Of a DNA stretch of 64,000 nucleotides, positions 60,088-64,000 are shown in pieces. Origin of the DNA: Nostoc sp. DedSLP01 (GTDB lineage: Bacteria; Cyanobacteriota; Cyanobacteriia; Cyanobacteriales; Nostocaceae); contig JAVRCJ020000005.1 in assembly GCA_034530875.2 (NCBI GenBank), positions 32,001 to 96,000 of the forward strand, written 5' to 3'. Under the pieces are notes generated by a model. The model searched no databases. It saw only the letters and a list, made by a program, of their open reading frames with translations, and was not told the origin of the DNA. The translations under genes were made by a program, and so were the position numbers. Numbering within the stretch: the first letter of the stretch is position 1; every line of letters begins with the position of its first letter.

Positions 60088-63000
60088 ATGTCTTTTAATA
60101 TCTCTGCTTGGTCGATTAAAAAACCTGTTCCCACGATAGTTCTATTTTTAATTTTGACAATATTGGGTTGGTTATCCTTCACGTCTTTGGGGATTGATAC
60201 GAATCCAAATATTGATATACCAACAGTTTCGGTAAAAGTGACTCAACCGGGTGCAGGGCCGACGGAACTGGAATCCCAAGTGACGAAAAAAATTGAAGAT
60301 GCTGTTGCTGGCTTGGGCAATATCGATAGTATGATTTCCAAGGTCAGCGATGGGAATTCTCAAACTACAATCAATTTTGTTCTTGGTACAGATACCGATC
60401 GCGCCACCAATGATGTCCGCAATGCGATCGCTCAAATTCGCCAAGACTTGCCCCAAGACATCAACGACCCAGTTGTGGAACGCTTAGATTTTTCTGGCGG
60501 CCCCATCATTACCTACGCCGTTAAATCCGACCAACGTTCCGTAGAAGAATTAAGCAACCTCGTAGACCAAACCATTAGCCGTGCCTTATTGGGAGTTCCT
60601 GGTGTAGCACAAATTCAGCGTATCGGAGGAGTTGACAGAGAAATTCGCGTTAACCTCTATCCAGACCGCTTAGAATCTCTAGGTATCACTGCCACCCAGG
60701 TAAACGACCAAATCCGGGCTTGGAATATTAATTTACCTGGCGGACGTGCTGAAGTCGGCGGTAGCGAACAAAGTATTCGCACCCTTGGAAGTGCCGCCAA
60801 TGTCGAGAATTTGAAAACTTACGAAATCGTCTTACCAGCAGGTGGTTCTGTACCCTTATCCAGCTTAGGAACTGTAGAAGACAAATTTGGCGATGTGCGC
60901 CAAGCTGCCTATTTAAATAATCAACCAGTAGTAGCTTTCCAGGTCTTGCGTAGTACTGGCAGTGTCCTAGTGAGTGTGGAACAAGGAGTAAAAGCAGCAG
61001 TCCAACAACTGCAAAAAACACTCCCTCCAGATGTGAAGCTGGATTTAATTTTTACTAGAGCCAATATTGTTCGCCAATCATACCAAAGCACCATTGATGA
61101 ATTAATTCAAGCTTCGGTGCTAGCTGTCATTGTTATTTTAGTATTTTTACGTGACTGGCGAGCAACATTGATTACTGCTGTGGCTTTGCCTTTATCGATG
61201 ATTCCCACCTTTGCAGTACAGCAGGCTCTTGGTTATACCCTCAACAACATGACTTTGTTGGCATTAGCGCTGGCAGTAGGCAATTTAGTTGATGATGCCG
61301 TCGTCGAAATTGAAAACATGGAACGGCACATGGCTATGGGTAAATCAGCTTGGGAAGCTGCTTTTGACTCTTCTGATGAAGTGGGATTGGCAGTAATGGC
61401 AAGTTCGGCGACGATTATTGCTGTGTTTTTGCCCGTTGCTTTTATGGGCGGAATTCCAGGGCAATTTTTTCAACCATTTGGTGTTACCGTTGCCGTTTCT
61501 ACAATTTTCTCGACCCTTGTAGCGCGGATGATTACGCCCATGATGGGGGCATATCTTTTACAAGACAAAGAGACAAGCGACAGCACACAGGGACACCAGC
61601 GTAGAGGAGTAATAAAATTTGGGAATTTCAAATTCACACTTCCTGGTAGTAATAATCGCAGCAAAAAAGCCACAAATGGCCGCGGCTTTCAACCTTATAG
61701 ATTGCTGCTCCAGTGGGCGTTACGCCATAGATTGACAACAATGGCGATCGCCTTAGCTTTTTTCCTTGCCAGTGCGATGCTAATTCCTTTGATTCCCAAG
61801 GGTTTTGTCGATGACGGTGACTTCGGAATTTCCATTGTCACTGTAGAACTAGCTCCTGGTTCAACTTTGGCAGATGTTAACAAAGTAGTGACGCAAGCTA
61901 CCGATCTCATCCGTCAAAACCCAATAGTTGAAGGCGTACTAGCAGCCCAAGAAATCAATTCTGCAACTTTGACCATTAATCTCAAACCCCGAGAAGAACG
62001 GGATATTTCCCAAAAACAGTTTGAGGAAGAAGTACGCCCTAAATTTTCGCAAATACCAGGAGCAAGAATTAGCTTTCAAAGTCAATCGCCAGGTGACAGT
62101 CGCAAGGCTTTATCAATTGTCCTCAGAAGTGAAAATCCCCAAGCATTAATTCAAACTGCTGATGCCCTAGAAAAGCAGATGCGAACCATACCTGGATTGG
62201 TGGAAGTCTCTTCAAGTGCGAGTTTGGTGAAACCAGAGATTTTAGTAATTCCTAACCCACAGCGGGCGGCAGATTTAGGGGTAACAGTACAAGCGATCGC
62301 TCGGACTGCTTCCCTGGCTACCATTGGCGACAACGATGCCAATTTAGCAAAATTTAATTTGAGCGATCGGCAAATTCCGATTCGCGTGCAAATCGACCCT
62401 GAAGCTAGGACTGACATTAACACGATCGAAAACCTCCAAGTCCCGACTCAAAATGGCAAATTAGTTCCCCTCATCGCAGTGGCAGATATTCGCTTTGGTA
62501 GCGGCCCTGCTACCATCAACCGCTACGATCGCGCCCGTCAAGTTGCTGTAGAAGCGAATCTACAAGGTATTTCTTTAGGACAAGCAGTAGAAGCGATCGA
62601 CAAACTGCCCGCCATGCAAAACTTACCGCCAGAAGTAGCACAGCAACCTTCAGGCAGTGCCAAAATCATGCGGGACATTTTCGGGCGCTTTGGCAGCGCA
62701 CTAGGGCTGGCAATCATGTCTATCTATGCAATTCTGGTGTTGCTGTATAACAACTTCTTACATCCATTATCAATTATGGCAGCTTTGCCTTTTTGTTTAG
62801 GCGGTGTATTGCTAGCGTTGATGGTTGCCCAAAAACCCTTAGGACTATATGCTCTGATTGGTGTCGTATTGCTATTAGGAATTGTCACCAAAAACTCAAT
62901 TCTGTTAGTAGACTACACCATCATCAACATGCAAGAAGGCAAAAACCAACGTCAAGCGCTAGTAGAAGCAGGCGTATCACGTCTGCGCCCCATTATAATG

Positions 63001-63225
63001 ACTTCTCTAGCAACCATCGCAGGTACTCTGCCCCTAGCATTGGGAATTGGTGCGGGTTCTGAAGTCCGTCAACCAATGGGAATTGCTATTATGGGCGGTT
63101 TTACAACTTCCACCTTGTTGACACTCGTAGTAGTACCAGTGATATTTAGCTACATTGACAACTTCCAAAATTGGATTCTGAATACACTGCGCTATGGATT
63201 TGGTAAGAAACCACCGATTTCTTGA
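60088..63225 (+). CDS. RND efflux permease (AcrB/AcrD/AcrF family), full length
   Basis: 1045 aa; LVDDAVVEIEN, KNSILLVD, RLRPIIMT. Confidence 0.95.
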   Translation: MSFNISAWSIKKPVPTIVLFLILTILGWLSFTSLGIDTNPNIDIPTVSVKVTQPGAGPTELESQVTKKIEDAVAGLGNIDSMISKVSDGNSQTTINFVLGTDTDRATNDVRNAIAQIRQDLPQDINDPVVERLDFSGGPIITYAVKSDQRSVEELSNLVDQTISRALLGVPGVAQIQRIGGVDREIRVNLYPDRLESLGITATQVNDQIRAWNINLPGGRAEVGGSEQSIRTLGSAANVENLKTYEIVLPAGGSVPLSSLGTVEDKFGDVRQAAYLNNQPVVAFQVLRSTGSVLVSVEQGVKAAVQQLQKTLPPDVKLDLIFTRANIVRQSYQSTIDELIQASVLAVIVILVFLRDWRATLITAVALPLSMIPTFAVQQALGYTLNNMTLLALALAVGNLVDDAVVEIENMERHMAMGKSAWEAAFDSSDEVGLAVMASSATIIAVFLPVAFMGGIPGQFFQPFGVTVAVSTIFSTLVARMITPMMGAYLLQDKETSDSTQGHQRRGVIKFGNFKFTLPGSNNRSKKATNGRGFQPYRLLLQWALRHRLTTMAIALAFFLASAMLIPLIPKGFVDDGDFGISIVTVELAPGSTLADVNKVVTQATDLIRQNPIVEGVLAAQEINSATLTINLKPREERDISQKQFEEEVRPKFSQIPGARISFQSQSPGDSRKALSIVLRSENPQALIQTADALEKQMRTIPGLVEVSSSASLVKPEILVIPNPQRAADLGVTVQAIARTASLATIGDNDANLAKFNLSDRQIPIRVQIDPEARTDINTIENLQVPTQNGKLVPLIAVADIRFGSGPATINRYDRARQVAVEANLQGISLGQAVEAIDKLPAMQNLPPEVAQQPSGSAKIMRDIFGRFGSALGLAIMSIYAILVLLYNNFLHPLSIMAALPFCLGGVLLALMVAQKPLGLYALIGVVLLLGIVTKNSILLVDYTIINMQEGKNQRQALVEAGVSRLRPIIMTSLATIAGTLPLALGIGAGSEVRQPMGIAIMGGFTTSTLLTLVVVPVIFSYIDNFQNWILNTLRYGFGKKPPIS

Positions 63226-63394
63226 ATCAGGCAGGGACGACATGGAAAGATGAGGGGACAAGGAGAATAATTCCTAACTCAAGAGTCAACACCCGCAACG
63301 CACATATTTGTAATCGTGTAAGGAACTGTAAACTAGAGGATGTAAAGTTTTGAAGCTAGGCCAAATTTTGAATAACTAGGAGTCGATCTGAGGA

Positions 63395-63863
63395 ATGTCT
63401 GACACTCTGTACGATCGCGATTTGCAATTATGGATTGAGCAAACTATTCAACAGCTACAGAATCGTGAATTTGAGGCGTTAGATATCGAGCATTTGGTTG
63501 AGGAGCTAATTGATTTGAGTAAGGCAGAGAAAAATGCCCTCAAAAGCAATTTGACAATCTTGTTGGCGCATTTACTCAAGTTAAGGGGTTCAGCACGATG
63601 TCCTTGATAGTATGAAAGGCAGTTGGTATAGTTCAATCCTTGAACATCGGCAGCGAGTTCTCAATAATTTAGCAGATACTCCTTCTCTAAAAAGTTTTTT
63701 AGTAGAGGCACTGGAAAAAGCCTACCCAGATGCCCGCAAGCTAGCAATTAAGGAAGGTAAGCTGGCGAAATTTGGAGTTCGCATACCACAGGAAAGTGAG
63801 TATCCTACGGTTTGCCCTTTTTCCATTGAGCAGATTCTAGATGAGGATTTTTACGGACTATAA
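63395..63863 (+). pseudogene. DUF29 family gene with a +1 frameshift
   Basis: LYDRDLQLW..LDIEHLVEEL..LLAHLLKL and SWYSSILEHRQR..CPFSIEQILDEDF join if one G is removed from GGGG at 63585-63588. Confidence 0.85.
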
Positions 63864-64000
63864 GTTTACCTTTCAATGGATGGACAGGTTGACCGAAAAG
63901 TTCTACAATCTGAACTGATTGCGGTAATTTTACCTATTGCCCAATCCATATAACCATAGTAAAGATTTTCTAGTGATTCCATAAGATTGTGGAAGCACTA

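Overview
Chromosomal window from a Nostoc-like filamentous cyanobacterium. The assignment rests on abundant HIP1 GCGATCGC octamers, 7-bp STRR tandem repeats, and psbB-psbT, chlP, rpsA and cphA2/cphB2. Housekeeping and photosynthesis genes are mixed with accessory blocks: (i) an AT-rich glycan-modification block (WecB/TagA glycosyltransferase, polysaccharide pyruvyltransferase, second MurB-like reductase); (ii) a stand-alone small basic ORF with its own sigma70 promoter and an intrinsic terminator inside the reading frame, the non-stop-mRNA architecture of ArfA/BrfA ribosome-rescue factors; (iii) a complete 2-aminoethylphosphonate pathway (cytidylyltransferase, PEP mutase-cytidylyltransferase fusion, decarboxylase, transaminase) converging on hopanoid genes (hpnH, hpnA, hpnG-like, and an RND transporter lacking docking domains); (iv) decayed toxin-antitoxin, Uma2 and HsdS-like remnants, including a PIN toxin split by a 137-bp MITE; (v) a tandem pair of STAND-like ATPases with a repeat-rich divergent promoter; (vi) an MFP-RND efflux pair. 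One tRNA-Gln(TTG) is present. No rRNA, CRISPR array, transposase or integrase was seen. All family calls come from motif recognition by eye; no database searches were run.
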